Shown: positions 30,343 through 40,577, counted from the stretch's first letter. The stretch: 64,000 bases of DNA from Candidatus Woesearchaeota archaeon (GCA_016188045.1 JACPIM010000006.1:26137-90136); one strand, 5' to 3'. The notes: generated by a model not told the origin, from the letters alone. Made by a program: numbers and translations.

Positions 30343-30627
30343 CTAAATAAAATTTTTTTTGCTAATTTCAATTATATATCTGGCTTTTTTTTTGGGTATA
30401 GCAATCATAAAGGGTTTTAAATTTACTCTTTCATCCACAATTTCTTTTTTTTCATTTAACCAATATACATCAATAGGATAAAAAACAAAAAACATATGTA
30501 TCATAGCACCAATTCTTGTTTCTTTACATAAATCAAATATTAGGTTTCTTTTTTTAGAAAACATTAATCCTCTGAATTTTTTAAAAAAACCAGTGCACTC
30601 TTCCAAATTTTTAAAAGAAATGTTCAT
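30343..30627 (-). CDS. DUF192 (COG1430) family protein
   Basis: FVFYPIDVYWLNEKKEIVD resembles DUF192. Confidence 0.45.
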   Translation of the reverse strand: MNISFKNLEECTGFFKKFRGLMFSKKRNLIFDLCKETRIGAMIHMFFVFYPIDVYWLNEKKEIVDERVNLKPFMIAIPKKKARYIIEISKKNFI

Positions 30628-30630
30628 TTT

Positions 30631-30897
30631 TTAGAACCTATATTTATGACCAAAAACTATTTTTTCCAAGTATAATTCATTTAAATTTTCATCATAAGAA
30701 TAAATAATCCTTAATGTTCCAATCCAAAGTCTACAGCTTCCAGATAAATCATAATGAAGATACTTATATCTTATTGGATTTTTAGCAACCTCTTCAACTT
30801 TTTTCTTAATCCTTTCTTGTATGAATAGATCTAGCTTCTTGAAATCTTTTTCAAACTCTTTAGTAGGTAGAATTTTATAGGGCATTCCAATCAGCAA
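30631..30897 (-). CDS. RelE/ParE-family toxin (type II TA)
   Basis: KILPTKEFEKDFKKLD ... YRLWIGTLRIIYSYDEN..LYLEKIVFGHKYRF has a RelE-like fold signature. Overlaps the upstream small antitoxin ORF. Confidence 0.55.
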   Translation of the reverse strand: MLIGMPYKILPTKEFEKDFKKLDLFIQERIKKKVEEVAKNPIRYKYLHYDLSGSCRLWIGTLRIIYSYDENLNELYLEKIVFGHKYRF

Positions 30898-31051
30898 ATT
30901 CCCTGTTTTTTACTTGTTCCTTTGCTTTCTTATAAGAAGCCATAAATTCCTTATCGCCCATAAGTTCTATAGATTCAACTATGGCATCAAATTCTTCCTT
31001 AACCCTAACTAAATCAGATATAGCCTTCTTATTGATTAATACAGTTTCCAT
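30875..31051 (-). CDS. putative antitoxin (58 aa, below the ORF-track threshold)
   Basis: Hand translation of the minus strand gives METVLINKKAISDLVRVKEEFDAIVESIELMGDKEFMASYKKAKEQVKNREFADWNAL, overlapping the RelE start. Confidence 0.4.
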   Translation of the reverse strand: METVLINKKAISDLVRVKEEFDAIVESIELMGDKEFMASYKKAKEQVKNREFADWNAL

Positions 31052-31086
31052 ATAAAATTAATTTAGTTAAAATACCTTTATATAAT

Positions 31087-31719
31087 TTACGTTATATTTT
31101 TAACTCTTATCACAGCATATTCCTCATTACTTGCAGGCCTTTCAGTACTTTTCAAATTAGTTACTTCTAAATTATCAAATGTTTTCGATTCTCCCTTATG
31201 TATCCTTAATGAATCAGATTTAGACTTGGTAGAAACATCAACTAAAATACTATTAAAATCATCTGAATATACCTCTCTTAAAGTTACTTTTTTACCTAAG
31301 ATCTCTTTAGTTTCACCAAACCAGAACAAATACTCATTTTCCTTAAGCTCTATTTTGCTCCACTCTAATTCAACAATGCTTCCCGCATCATAATCAATAT
31401 CAATTTTGTTAGCCCATAATTCATAATTTCCTACCCTTATTGGTTTTTTAGTGCCAAAAATAGATTTCACAAAACCATCAAATTCAACTTCAATTTCAGA
31501 ATCAATGCCTATTTTTTTAATTGTAGCTTCTTTTCCGCCAATATTTAAAACATCGCCTTCCTGATAAATATTTGTTTTAATCTCTTGGTTATCAGAAGTT
31601 TCCTCTCTATCTGAAATCTTGGAATCTTCAAAATTAACTTTCCTCAAATCATTATTCTGCACAGTGCAACCAGCCAAGAGTATTAGGGTTAATATTAATA
31701 TTAAAATTTTGTTTTTCAT
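31087..31719 (-). CDS. lipoprotein
   Basis: MKNKILILILTLILLAGCTV lipobox. Confidence 0.45.
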   Translation of the reverse strand: MKNKILILILTLILLAGCTVQNNDLRKVNFEDSKISDREETSDNQEIKTNIYQEGDVLNIGGKEATIKKIGIDSEIEVEFDGFVKSIFGTKKPIRVGNYELWANKIDIDYDAGSIVELEWSKIELKENEYLFWFGETKEILGKKVTLREVYSDDFNSILVDVSTKSKSDSLRIHKGESKTFDNLEVTNLKSTERPASNEEYAVIRVKNIT

Positions 31720-31927
31720 ATATATTTTATCTATAAGAAAAGTATATAAATTTTTAGTTTATTATAAAAATATGCCAGACCCATATAAAGAGGTATATGA
31801 CGAAGACGAGGATATTTACACAGAAGAAGGCTTAGAAGAGCTAGAGGAAGAAGATGAAATTTCTACTAATGAAGAAGCTTTTATGGAAGGCTATATAAAG
31901 AAAAAGAAGCATAAAAAGAAGAAATAA

Positions 31928-32182
31928 TTATTTGCAGTTTGCTAATTTATATCTAAGATTATCTAAAATTTGCGAAGAATAAGAGGACAAACATCGTAAA
32001 TTCATCGTTGCCAGGTGTCTTATCAAACCAACATCGGTATCGTCATAATGAGGTATTCTTTCATAGCCCAAACCACTGGTAACTCGATGTTCAATGATAT
32101 TTTGAAGATTTTCTAATCCAGCATCTACTTGGGTTTCAATATCCATTTTCCTACTAAATCTCCTTAAATATAAATACTCCAA
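31928..32182 (-). CDS. hypothetical protein
   Basis: 84-aa ORF. Confidence 0.3.
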   Translation of the reverse strand: MEYLYLRRFSRKMDIETQVDAGLENLQNIIEHRVTSGLGYERIPHYDDTDVGLIRHLATMNLRCLSSYSSQILDNLRYKLANCK

Positions 32183-32471
32183 CTAAAAAACTTATTGAAA
32201 ACAAAGTTAATAAAAATACATTGCTCATTAAATCAAAAAATCCTAAAAATTCATTTAATAATCCAAAATAACCGCTAAACTCTATTATTAAATATTTTAT
32301 AAACTTAATGAAAAAAGTTAAAACTAATAAAAAAACCCCAAATATCAAAACATTATAACCGTTTAAAACTCTGTTAGACTCATATTCTTTTCTTTTAATT
32401 AATATAATCAAGTTATACACTAAAAGTATAAATCCTAATAAACTTAAAATCAAAAAAGCAGTATTACTCAT
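32154..32471 (-). CDS. membrane protein (3 TM)
   Basis: Hydrophobic throughout. Overlaps neighbours in operon fashion. Confidence 0.35.
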   Translation of the reverse strand: MSNTAFLILSLLGFILLVYNLIILIKRKEYESNRVLNGYNVLIFGVFLLVLTFFIKFIKYLIIEFSGYFGLLNEFLGFFDLMSNVFLLTLFSISFLVGVFIFKEI

Positions 32472-33579
32472 CTTTCCTCCTCATAAAGTCAGCGATATCA
32501 TCTTCAAGTTGTTTTCTTCTCATTTTTAATTCTTTTTCTCTTTCTTTTAATTTTTCTCTATATTCTTTTAACTTCGTCTCTTCCAGTAATAGTCCTTCTC
32601 TTTTTCTTTCATAAGATTCTTTGCTTTTCTCAGCTTCTTCCATCATCTTATCTACTTTATTTCTTTCAATGGCCATCTCATCTTTATTATCCTCGATTTG
32701 ATCCTCTCTAGTTATTAATTTTTCTTCTTTCTCAGTTAAACCTTTCTCTTTTATTTTTATTTTATCTTCTTTTTTCTTTATTTTTTCATAGTCTCTATTA
32801 ATCTCGTTTTTTTTATTATCTAAATTTTTAAGTTCTTTAGACATATTATCAATCTTCTTCCTTTCATCAATAATATCTTTCTTCTCTTTTCTTATTTTTT
32901 TCAGTATTTTCTTATTCTTCTCTCTTAATTTGTTAATTCTTATTCTCTCAACCTCAATTTCTTCTTTAGAATCTTCAATAACTTCTTTCTCTTTCTCTAT
33001 TCTTTTTTTCTCTTCGTTAATTTCTTTTTTTGTTTTTTTGGCTTCTTTCACATCCAGTTCTAATTTTTCTTCTTTTTTCTTTAATTCTTCAATTCTTTTA
33101 TTTTGTTCTTCTTCTTTTCTAGCTACCTCTCCTTCTCTTTTGTTTAGTTGTTTAGTAATATTTTTCTCATACTCTACCAATTCTCTTTCTTTCTTATCCA
33201 ATTTCTTTAATTCGGGATCAACAATTTTTCTGGCAAATTCTAGAGCAATTGGATGTTTTGGTTTTTCTTTTAATTCAATTAATTCAGCATATCTTTTATG
33301 ATCTCTCAATTTGAAATCCATTATTGAAATTAAGAATAAAATTACAGAAATCACTAAAACACCGATTAATTCAATATATGTTCTTATGTTTTCACTTAAA
33401 TTAGGCAGTCCAATGACTATATAAGGAAATCCTAAAAACAAGATTAAGCTTATTATTATTGGTTTTCTGAATAACTCATTAATGCCTTCTTTTTTTAATT
33501 TTTCCCAGTAAAAAGCAACAATAATAAATATAACGCTTACTAGATATTTTTGCAAACTTAAAAATAATTCAACTGCCAT
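32464..33579 (-). CDS. membrane-anchored long coiled-coil protein (K/E-rich)
   Basis: Three N-terminal TM helices followed by about 250 aa of heptad-like KE-rich sequence. Confidence 0.45.
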   Translation of the reverse strand: MAVELFLSLQKYLVSVIFIIVAFYWEKLKKEGINELFRKPIIISLILFLGFPYIVIGLPNLSENIRTYIELIGVLVISVILFLISIMDFKLRDHKRYAELIELKEKPKHPIALEFARKIVDPELKKLDKKERELVEYEKNITKQLNKREGEVARKEEEQNKRIEELKKKEEKLELDVKEAKKTKKEINEEKKRIEKEKEVIEDSKEEIEVERIRINKLREKNKKILKKIRKEKKDIIDERKKIDNMSKELKNLDNKKNEINRDYEKIKKKEDKIKIKEKGLTEKEEKLITREDQIEDNKDEMAIERNKVDKMMEEAEKSKESYERKREGLLLEETKLKEYREKLKEREKELKMRRKQLEDDIADFMRRKDE

Positions 33580-33712
33580 ATTTAATCCTTAAGTATATTT
33601 TTGCTATTATAAAGTAGTATATAAATCTTATTATTTACTTTATAAAAGTTATTATTCATTTTAAAGCAAAAAGCTTAAATATATAATAATATTATAGTAT
33701 TACCAGAGCAAT

Positions 33713-33979
33713 ATGGCAAAATCAAATACTCTAAGTTTCACAGTACCAGATGAATTAAAGCTTAAATTAGATGTAATCACTAAAATAGGTTATTATGATT
33801 CAATGTCAGAATTCTTAAGAGATGCAATTAGAACACTATTATCTCAAAATAAGGATTTAAGGATTTCTATAGCATATCAATTGTTTAAAGATAAAAAAAT
33901 AGGCCTTGGAAAAGCATCTGAAATAATAGGCGAAAACATAAAGGAAACTAAGGAATTATTTGAAAAAAGAGAAATTTAA
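33713..33979 (+). CDS. ribbon-helix-helix (CopG-like) protein
   Basis: LSFTVPDELKLKLD ... YDSMSEFLRDAIRTLL resembles an RHH antitoxin/regulator. Confidence 0.55.
   Translation: MAKSNTLSFTVPDELKLKLDVITKIGYYDSMSEFLRDAIRTLLSQNKDLRISIAYQLFKDKKIGLGKASEIIGENIKETKELFEKREI
33927..33979. repeat. 3' end of the RHH gene, duplicated at 35041..35092 (about 90% identical)
   Basis: TAGGCGAAAACATAAAGGAAACTAAGGAATTATTTGAAAAAAGAGAAAT versus TAGGCGAAAATATAAAAGAAACTAAGGAACTATTTAAAAAAAGAGACAT. Confidence 0.6.
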
Positions 33980-34045
33980 CTGTGGTTACATAAAGAACCA
34001 TATGGTAACCAAAAAGTTTATATAGTAATTTAAGTTACCATAATT

Positions 34046-34648
34046 ATGGAAAAAATAGAAAAAACCATCAAACCAAAAATAGAAAAATTAGAACTAAATG
34101 AAGCGTATATAAAAGTAATTTATTGGTTTTTTTCCTTTCCAACAAGGTCAATAAGTCTATCAGAACTCGCTAAAGAACTTAAGATATCTAAAAGAAGAGC
34201 AAGTATTATAGTATCCTCTCTGATATCTGAAGGATTCTTAATAAAAGAGGAGATAGGCAGAAGTTGGAGACTCTCTTGTAATCAGCACCACATTTATAAT
34301 TATACAAGGAAAATTAGTTATAATCTTAGCTTAGTTTATAGTTTATTATATGAACTTAAACTGATCGATGAAATTTATAAGATTAGTGGTCAACCAAAAG
34401 CGGTAATTTTATTTGGAAGTTATAGAAAGGGAGATGATATAGATAAAAGCGACTTAGACCTCGCTGTTGAAGTTATCAATGATGAAGAAATAAAGATAAT
34501 TAATCTTGGGAAAATACCAGAATTAGGTTACAGGAAAAATATTCCGGTCAACCTGCATATTTTTTCTAGAAAAAAAATTGATTTAAACCTATTCAATAAT
34601 GTGGCTAATGGTATTGTGTTAGAGGGATTTTTAGAGGTAAAAAAATGA
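34046..34648 (+). CDS. wHTH-nucleotidyltransferase fusion protein
   Basis: N-terminal wHTH (LSELAKELKISKRRASIIVSSLISEGFL) and the NTase motif ILFGSYRKGDDIDKSDLDLAVEV. Confidence 0.55.
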   Translation: MEKIEKTIKPKIEKLELNEAYIKVIYWFFSFPTRSISLSELAKELKISKRRASIIVSSLISEGFLIKEEIGRSWRLSCNQHHIYNYTRKISYNLSLVYSLLYELKLIDEIYKISGQPKAVILFGSYRKGDDIDKSDLDLAVEVINDEEIKIINLGKIPELGYRKNIPVNLHIFSRKKIDLNLFNNVANGIVLEGFLEVKK

Positions 34649-35043
34649 GATACAAGAGACCAGATAAAAAAAATTCTTTAAGTCTTGTAGAGGCTTCAAA
34701 AAAAGAAATAAATTTTGCACTTTCTTTAGAGGTCAATGAACAATCAGGTCCAACAATTATAAGAAATATTTATGAAAGTTTTAGGATGTTAGGGGATGCA
34801 CTACTTATAAATCAAGGCATTGAATCAAAGGACCATGTAGAATGTATAAACGCCCTTTTAAAATTGAAAGTTAATACAACAAGGCCAATAAATCTTATTA
34901 ATAATCTAAGGATACTTAGGCATAATATAAATTATTATGGTTATAGGCCGAGATTGGAAGAAGTTCAAGAAGCTATTTCTATTGCTAAAACCTGTTTTAT
35001 CCAAATTTTTAATGAAGTATGTAAAATAATAAAAACCAAATAG
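34645..35043 (+). CDS. HEPN-like protein, partner of the NTase
   Basis: An alpha-helical 132-aa protein with RILRHNINYYGY resembling the HEPN R-x(n)-H..Y motif. Overlaps the NTase stop. Confidence 0.4.
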   Translation: MRYKRPDKKNSLSLVEASKKEINFALSLEVNEQSGPTIIRNIYESFRMLGDALLINQGIESKDHVECINALLKLKVNTTRPINLINNLRILRHNINYYGYRPRLEEVQEAISIAKTCFIQIFNEVCKIIKTK

Positions 35044-35092
35044 GCGAAAATATAAAAGAAACTAAGGAACTATTTAAAAAAAGAGACATAGT
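35041..35092. repeat. displaced copy of the RHH gene 3' end, immediately after the HEPN stop
   Basis: See 33927..33979. Same orientation. Confidence 0.6.
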
Positions 35093-35403
35093 TAGCGTTT
35101 TTCTTCTATAAGATTAGCAAGATATCCTTGCCTTGATTTATACTCTTTATTTCTATTTATAAATAAATACATAAAGATAATAACAATTGCAATACAGAGA
35201 AGTTTAATAATTATATCGTAATCACTTCCTTTATCTATTTTAAAAAACCATATATCGTTTGTAAAGCAAAGCCACCAACAACACCAGCCAATGCCCCAAA
35301 TACAAAAAATAAGCTTTCAGTTCTTTTACTTTCAACATTATTCCATTCATCAACTAACTCATTACAATCCATATCTATATACTTTTTTGCCAACTTAATT
35401 TAA

Positions 35404-36030
35404 TTAGTCTTCTCCGCCAAAGTCTTCTTCTTTATATTTGAATTCTTCATCAGTTTTTATTATTCCTTTATTTTTCAGATACTCTTTGGCTAAAACATAA
35501 AAAAATAAACCTAAACTTTTTTTACCCTTATTATTGCAAGGCACTACCAAATCAATAAAATTGCTTTCATTATTAGTATCACATATTGCAACTACAGGAA
35601 TTCCAATTTTAACAGCATCATTTAAAGCATTTTTATCCAGCCAAGGATCAACTACCACCAATAACTTCGCCTCGGCAAATATCTCTAAAATAGGATTAGT
35701 CAACATTCCAGGAGGATATCTCCCAGCAATACATCTAACACCGGTAGCTTTAGCAAACATATTAAGAGCATCCCAGCTATTTTCTCTCCTTCCAACAATT
35801 AATGTATCCTCAGGATTATATTTAGCTAAAAACTTTGCAGCCAAACCAATTCTGTCATTTATTTTTTGTAAATTTAAAACAGCTAATCCGTCTGGCCTTA
35901 TTTTATATATGAATTGACTCATATATTTGGTTCTAAACTTAGTTCCTATGTGAACTCCAGCTTTCAAATACTGATTTACATCAACGAGTAATTTCTCTTC
36001 TACCATAAAACAATTCACTAGAAAAACCAT
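35404..36030 (-). CDS. rps2: ribosomal protein S2 (uS2)
   Basis: LLVDVNQYLKAGVHIGTKFRTKYMSQFIYKIRPDGLAVLNLQK matches the S2 N-terminus. The true start is probably an internal Met (MVEEK). Confidence 0.8.
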   Translation of the reverse strand: MVFLVNCFMVEEKLLVDVNQYLKAGVHIGTKFRTKYMSQFIYKIRPDGLAVLNLQKINDRIGLAAKFLAKYNPEDTLIVGRRENSWDALNMFAKATGVRCIAGRYPPGMLTNPILEIFAEAKLLVVVDPWLDKNALNDAVKIGIPVVAICDTNNESNFIDLVVPCNNKGKKSLGLFFYVLAKEYLKNKGIIKTDEEFKYKEEDFGGED

Positions 36031-36131
36031 TTATAAATCTTGCTATGATTTTTTAATAAGCTATAAGAAAATTATAAAAAGTAGTAATAATATACAAAAA
36101 CTTATAAAGAACAGTACTACTAAACAGAATT

Positions 36132-37244
36132 ATGAGATTTAGATATTTATTATATCCAGAAGCACAAGATAAACTTAATTCTAGTGGATTATTAAAAAAA
36201 ATACAAGATGTTCATGATAGTGAAGAAGGATTGCCTATTATTGGATATACCTCTGATGAGGATATAATCTGGGCAGTAAAAGAAATGCAAGAACAAGGAT
36301 TTTTCAAAACAATGCCCAATACTGAAAGAAAAGATTTCATGACTAAGTTGAATGAAGTATTTAAAGATAAAAAAGGACATACATGGCGCGTCCATAGAAA
36401 TGGCGGGGTGGTAGAAGAGCCTGCAGAAGCAGAGGACTTTTATTTGATGACTGGCTGGTTATCATCATGCGTATTAGACGTAGATGAAATATGGGACTAT
36501 CGTAAGTTTGATTTTCAATCACTTAATGATTTTGTTGGTTGTGTTGGTGCCGCGGTTTGGTTATTTAACCACGGTGATTTTAGAGGAGGATATAAGTGGA
36601 GTACAACAACCACTAATGGAAGAACATTAGAAAATAATATAACTGGAGATAGCAATCTTGATTTAAGAATTCATCAAACTGATATAACTCACGATAGATT
36701 AACATTCGACCCTGTTGGCGCGGTAGTTTCTTACCGCCCAGAATTAGATGATGACCATAGGTGTGTTGCCGCATATCATTCTACCGAGCAAGATTTTATT
36801 GTTGGAGTTTTAAAATGGATACATCAACAAAATATTCCTTCTGAAATGTTAAAAGATAGGGGGTTGCCTCTAATAAAGTATATCAGATCATTAGGACATA
36901 CAATTGGAGCAGCTACAGAATGCTTTGGAGATTTTGGTGGTATGGATAATCCAATGATTAGATTAAATTACTTTTACGACCCAATGCCCGTTTTAGATGA
37001 AAACTATACCACAGAAAAACCGACTTTTGATGGAGTACATGTAGATGGTGAAAGTTTCTATAGTATGTATGTTGGACCTAGTAGGGAATTAATATTATCC
37101 TACCAAGGCAAAGAGAGAGAAGCTCAGAAAAAAATTGATGCTTGTTTTTTACCAAGTGAAGCAGATCATTTATTAAGAGGAATATGCTATCAAGCAGCTA
37201 AAGGGCTAGGTAGAACTATTCCTCAAAAATTAATTTCACTATAG
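36132..37244 (+). CDS. hypothetical protein (Trp/Gly-rich, compositionally atypical)
   Basis: 370-aa ORF with higher GC and an unusual W/G/D composition. No known motif recognised. Confidence 0.35.
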   Translation: MRFRYLLYPEAQDKLNSSGLLKKIQDVHDSEEGLPIIGYTSDEDIIWAVKEMQEQGFFKTMPNTERKDFMTKLNEVFKDKKGHTWRVHRNGGVVEEPAEAEDFYLMTGWLSSCVLDVDEIWDYRKFDFQSLNDFVGCVGAAVWLFNHGDFRGGYKWSTTTTNGRTLENNITGDSNLDLRIHQTDITHDRLTFDPVGAVVSYRPELDDDHRCVAAYHSTEQDFIVGVLKWIHQQNIPSEMLKDRGLPLIKYIRSLGHTIGAATECFGDFGGMDNPMIRLNYFYDPMPVLDENYTTEKPTFDGVHVDGESFYSMYVGPSRELILSYQGKEREAQKKIDACFLPSEADHLLRGICYQAAKGLGRTIPQKLISL

Positions 37245-37334
37245 AATATAGGTTTTCTAGTCAAATGGATAGAGACTTAGAAGAAATAAGAGGAAAACCA
37301 ACTAAATAATTTAAAAAAATAAAGAAAAAAAGGA

Positions 37335-38006
37335 TTACAAGTCCTTTTTCACGTCCTTTATGATGTTTTCAGCTTCTTTTCTCAAACCTAAACCCAATGC
37401 AATTCCTAAAGCCAAAGCTATGCCTGCAGCCAAAGCAACAATCACATACAAGATTAAGTTTTCAAATAAGCTTACATCCAATCCTATTAAATCTAATGCT
37501 TGAACACCAACGAGTATTATTATAACCCATTTTAATATCCTAGCAGTTAGTTTCATTCCCTTCAGTCTTGTGTGTTCTACTACTTTTATCTCAACATAGT
37601 GCGCAGCAGCCAATCCTAACAACATAATGATTACAGCTACTAAAAGTTTAGGTAACCACACAACAAATTTAGTCAATAGCTCACTTAATGTCCCAAGCTC
37701 TAATGTAGAAACAGCTACTTGAAAAGCAATAATTAATATCCACCACTTCAATAGCTCTCCTAATAAAGCCGGCACATCTGTATGCCCCACTGCTTTAGTC
37801 AATTGTGCTTTTCTTAATAAATTGTCTATCTTTAATCTATCCAATAAGATTCTTAATGCATGGCCTAATATTACAGCAACAAAAGCACCGACTAATATTA
37901 CTAGTACAGCAACTATGATGCTCGGTAAAACAGTAACAAATGCCCCCCACAACTGACTCAATGGATTAGTAACTCCGTACACTGTATCCTGCACAAAATT
38001 CACCAT
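37335..38006 (-). CDS. polytopic membrane protein (conserved TM helix repeat type)
   Basis: Five to six TM helices. Ala/Leu/Val-rich with a higher-GC coding sequence. Confidence 0.4.
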   Translation of the reverse strand: MVNFVQDTVYGVTNPLSQLWGAFVTVLPSIIVAVLVILVGAFVAVILGHALRILLDRLKIDNLLRKAQLTKAVGHTDVPALLGELLKWWILIIAFQVAVSTLELGTLSELLTKFVVWLPKLLVAVIIMLLGLAAAHYVEIKVVEHTRLKGMKLTARILKWVIIILVGVQALDLIGLDVSLFENLILYVIVALAAGIALALGIALGLGLRKEAENIIKDVKKDL

Positions 38007-38178
38007 CTAATACACCTCCATTTTTATTATAATTAAGTTAATATTTTAATTATTTGAGAGTTTAAATAGTTTCATTAGCACTTTACAATTGTAACATATA
38101 TTAAAAACCATACATAAACTTATATACTACCGATATTTCTTGAATATTAATAATTTAACCACTATATAAACTTATACC

Positions 38179-38445
38179 ATGTTTCAACAAAAACCAATAC
38201 ATTTCCCAAATTTGAAAACAGTTCTTATGGTAGAGAAGTTTTTACAAGAGCAAAGAAGGCCGGTAAGCAAGAATACTATCTTAGAAAACATTCCAAAAAA
38301 AACAATGAGGCAAACTTTAAACATAATCTTGGAATATTTAGAGTTAAGCAATAAAATATATCTAGGTGATAAAGGGGTAGAATGGGTTTTTGACGAAGAC
38401 AAGAAACTAAAAACCTTACTAAAAAAAGCTACTGATTCTTTTTAA
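38179..38445 (+). CDS. hypothetical small protein
   Basis: 88-aa ORF. Confidence 0.3.
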   Translation: MFQQKPIHFPNLKTVLMVEKFLQEQRRPVSKNTILENIPKKTMRQTLNIILEYLELSNKIYLGDKGVEWVFDEDKKLKTLLKKATDSF

Positions 38446-39589
38446 TTTCATCTTCAATATATTTTAATCTGTTTATCTTAGTTAATCTTTCTTTTCCAAA
38501 TATCCCTAATTTAATAAAAGAAATATTCCATCCCACAGCCAAATCCGCAATAATAGAATCCTTAGTTTCCCCGCTTCTATGAGATATTACAGGAGTTATA
38601 TTATTAAGTTTAGCCCAGTCAACAACTTGTTTTGTTTTTATCAAAGAACCAATTTGGTTTGGTTTTATTATTACTGAATTAATGTTTTTATCAGCTTTCT
38701 TCAGTCTATCTAAATTAGTGCAAATTAAATCATCACCACATACCATTTCGCATTTTATTTTGGAAAAACCTTCAAAATCTTCTTCATCTAATGGGTCTTC
38801 AACATATTCTAGCCCATATCTTGAAACTAAAGTATTGATGAACTTAATTTGATGCTCTCTTCTTAATCTTCCTTTTTTATAGAAATAAAACCCACCGCTA
38901 TGCAAGCTACTAGCAGCAACATCTAATCCAACTCCAACAAAGATATCAAAATTTTCAAAAAATTCTTCAGTTAAATTCTTTAAAAGATCTAAAACAGTAG
39001 TAACGTCTAAGGTAGTTATCCAAGCTCCCTCATCATTTCTTCCAATTGGTTTTAACTGTTTTTCAACTTGTTTATAGATATAATGGTTTGCAAAAGCATT
39101 ATCTTTAAAACTATCTCCATGAGGAATTAGTAAAAATTCCTGTACCTCTGTACTTTCACCTCTGTAATGTTTGCCTCCGCCAATACAATTTCCTAAGGGT
39201 ATAGGTAAATTATCCGCTTTAGGATCTAAAAATTTCCAAACATCATTATTGCTGGCTGCTCTTAACAAAGCATATTCCAACGCTAATACTACATTACCGC
39301 CAACTTTTTCTAACTTCTCAGTATTATCATACTTAAATATGGTATTCTCAATTTCATTTAGATCATCAAAAATCTCAAATCTAAAACCTTTCAAAGCTTT
39401 ATGCAAAGTTCTATTGACAAAACTTAAGTGAATTCCTTTTTTAGACAAGGGATAAACTTCATGTTTCCCAACAGAAGCACCAATAGGAGCACTTCCAATA
39501 AATCTTTTATTAACAGTAATTTCAATAGTTTTCTCTCCTCTAGAATTTAAAATCACCCTGCCTTTTATTTTTTTTATCTTCATTAACAA
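38429..39589 (-). CDS. eno: enolase (phosphopyruvate hydratase)
   Basis: SHRSGETKDSIIADLAV, IKPNQIGSL and GDDLICTN are enolase signature motifs. Confidence 0.85.
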   Translation of the reverse strand: MLMKIKKIKGRVILNSRGEKTIEITVNKRFIGSAPIGASVGKHEVYPLSKKGIHLSFVNRTLHKALKGFRFEIFDDLNEIENTIFKYDNTEKLEKVGGNVVLALEYALLRAASNNDVWKFLDPKADNLPIPLGNCIGGGKHYRGESTEVQEFLLIPHGDSFKDNAFANHYIYKQVEKQLKPIGRNDEGAWITTLDVTTVLDLLKNLTEEFFENFDIFVGVGLDVAASSLHSGGFYFYKKGRLRREHQIKFINTLVSRYGLEYVEDPLDEEDFEGFSKIKCEMVCGDDLICTNLDRLKKADKNINSVIIKPNQIGSLIKTKQVVDWAKLNNITPVISHRSGETKDSIIADLAVGWNISFIKLGIFGKERLTKINRLKYIEDEIKKNQ

Positions 39590-39711
39590 GAAATAGGAAT
39601 TAGTTAATATATAAATTTATTTTTTTCTTTGAGCGATAAAATCTACGATGCTATTGCATATAATATTCATACTACTTTAGGACTCTGCCCCCTGCTGATT
39701 TTAATCTAGGC

Positions 39712-40452
39712 TTATAATTTTGCTATTTTCCATAATTCCTCAAAGTATCTTCTCTGATTTTTTGCCATTTCTTCGTTGTCTATAAGAACAGCAAATGGCT
39801 CTTTTGTCCATGATTGAAGCGCAATTTTGTTGCCATAAATAATTGTTGCAGTAGGAGAATTGGCTTTTATTGGCATAAATTTATATTGTGCATATTTGAG
39901 AGTTTGTTTATATTCATTTACCCGTTTATGAGCTTCTAGAGAATCATTATATATAATTTTCATGAATATTTTTTGTTTTACTCTTTGAGTATGCCATTTT
40001 TCCATAAAAGCAGGGATAATTGGAAAAGAAGATTTTGAACTCCCATATCCTAAAAATTCATTTATTCCAGCTTTTAAAATATTATCCATGACAGTTTTCA
40101 TACCTTCTATTCCCTCATACACTTCAACTTTCGGCCTTTTTACTCCTTTTAATTTTTGTAACTCTTCAAGATTAGGCAATATCTCTTTTATTGATTCTTC
40201 TTTCTCTTTTAGTATTCTCAGTAATTCTTGTGGTTCTGCAGCTGTAAAGTGTTTTTTGTTAGCTTTTATATTGTAAGAAACAAGACCTAAATTTATTAAT
40301 CTCTCCAGAATATCATAAATTAATGTTCTTGGTAGATTGCTTTTGATAGATATGTCTATTGCTGTAGTCTCTCCTAACCCTAGACAGCTTAAATATACTT
40401 TTCCTTCTTTTTCTGATAATCCAAATTTTTTCAGAGATTGTATGATTTCCAT
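39712..40452 (-). CDS. TrmB-family transcriptional regulator (paralog of 4752..5462)
   Basis: LSEKEGKVYLSCLGLGETTAIDISIKSNLPRTLIYDILERLINLGLV matches the TrmB HTH. Confidence 0.55.
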   Translation of the reverse strand: MEIIQSLKKFGLSEKEGKVYLSCLGLGETTAIDISIKSNLPRTLIYDILERLINLGLVSYNIKANKKHFTAAEPQELLRILKEKEESIKEILPNLEELQKLKGVKRPKVEVYEGIEGMKTVMDNILKAGINEFLGYGSSKSSFPIIPAFMEKWHTQRVKQKIFMKIIYNDSLEAHKRVNEYKQTLKYAQYKFMPIKANSPTATIIYGNKIALQSWTKEPFAVLIDNEEMAKNQRRYFEELWKIAKL

Positions 40453-40577
40453 CTTATAATTTAAAGACTTTAAACTTTTAAATCTTTCTATTGTCGTAAA
40501 TTATTTACAACAAATATTTAAATATAGATATTTTAGCACTACTAAAGAGTTAATAAAATATATCTAATTAATATAAA

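Noticed and set aside
31619-31927. 102-aa ORF overlapping the lipoprotein gene
   Set aside because: Its 5' half is antisense to the lipoprotein CDS. At most the downstream part from Met 31772 (MPDPYKEVYDEDED..., acidic then poly-K) might be a real small protein, and confidence is too low to call it.
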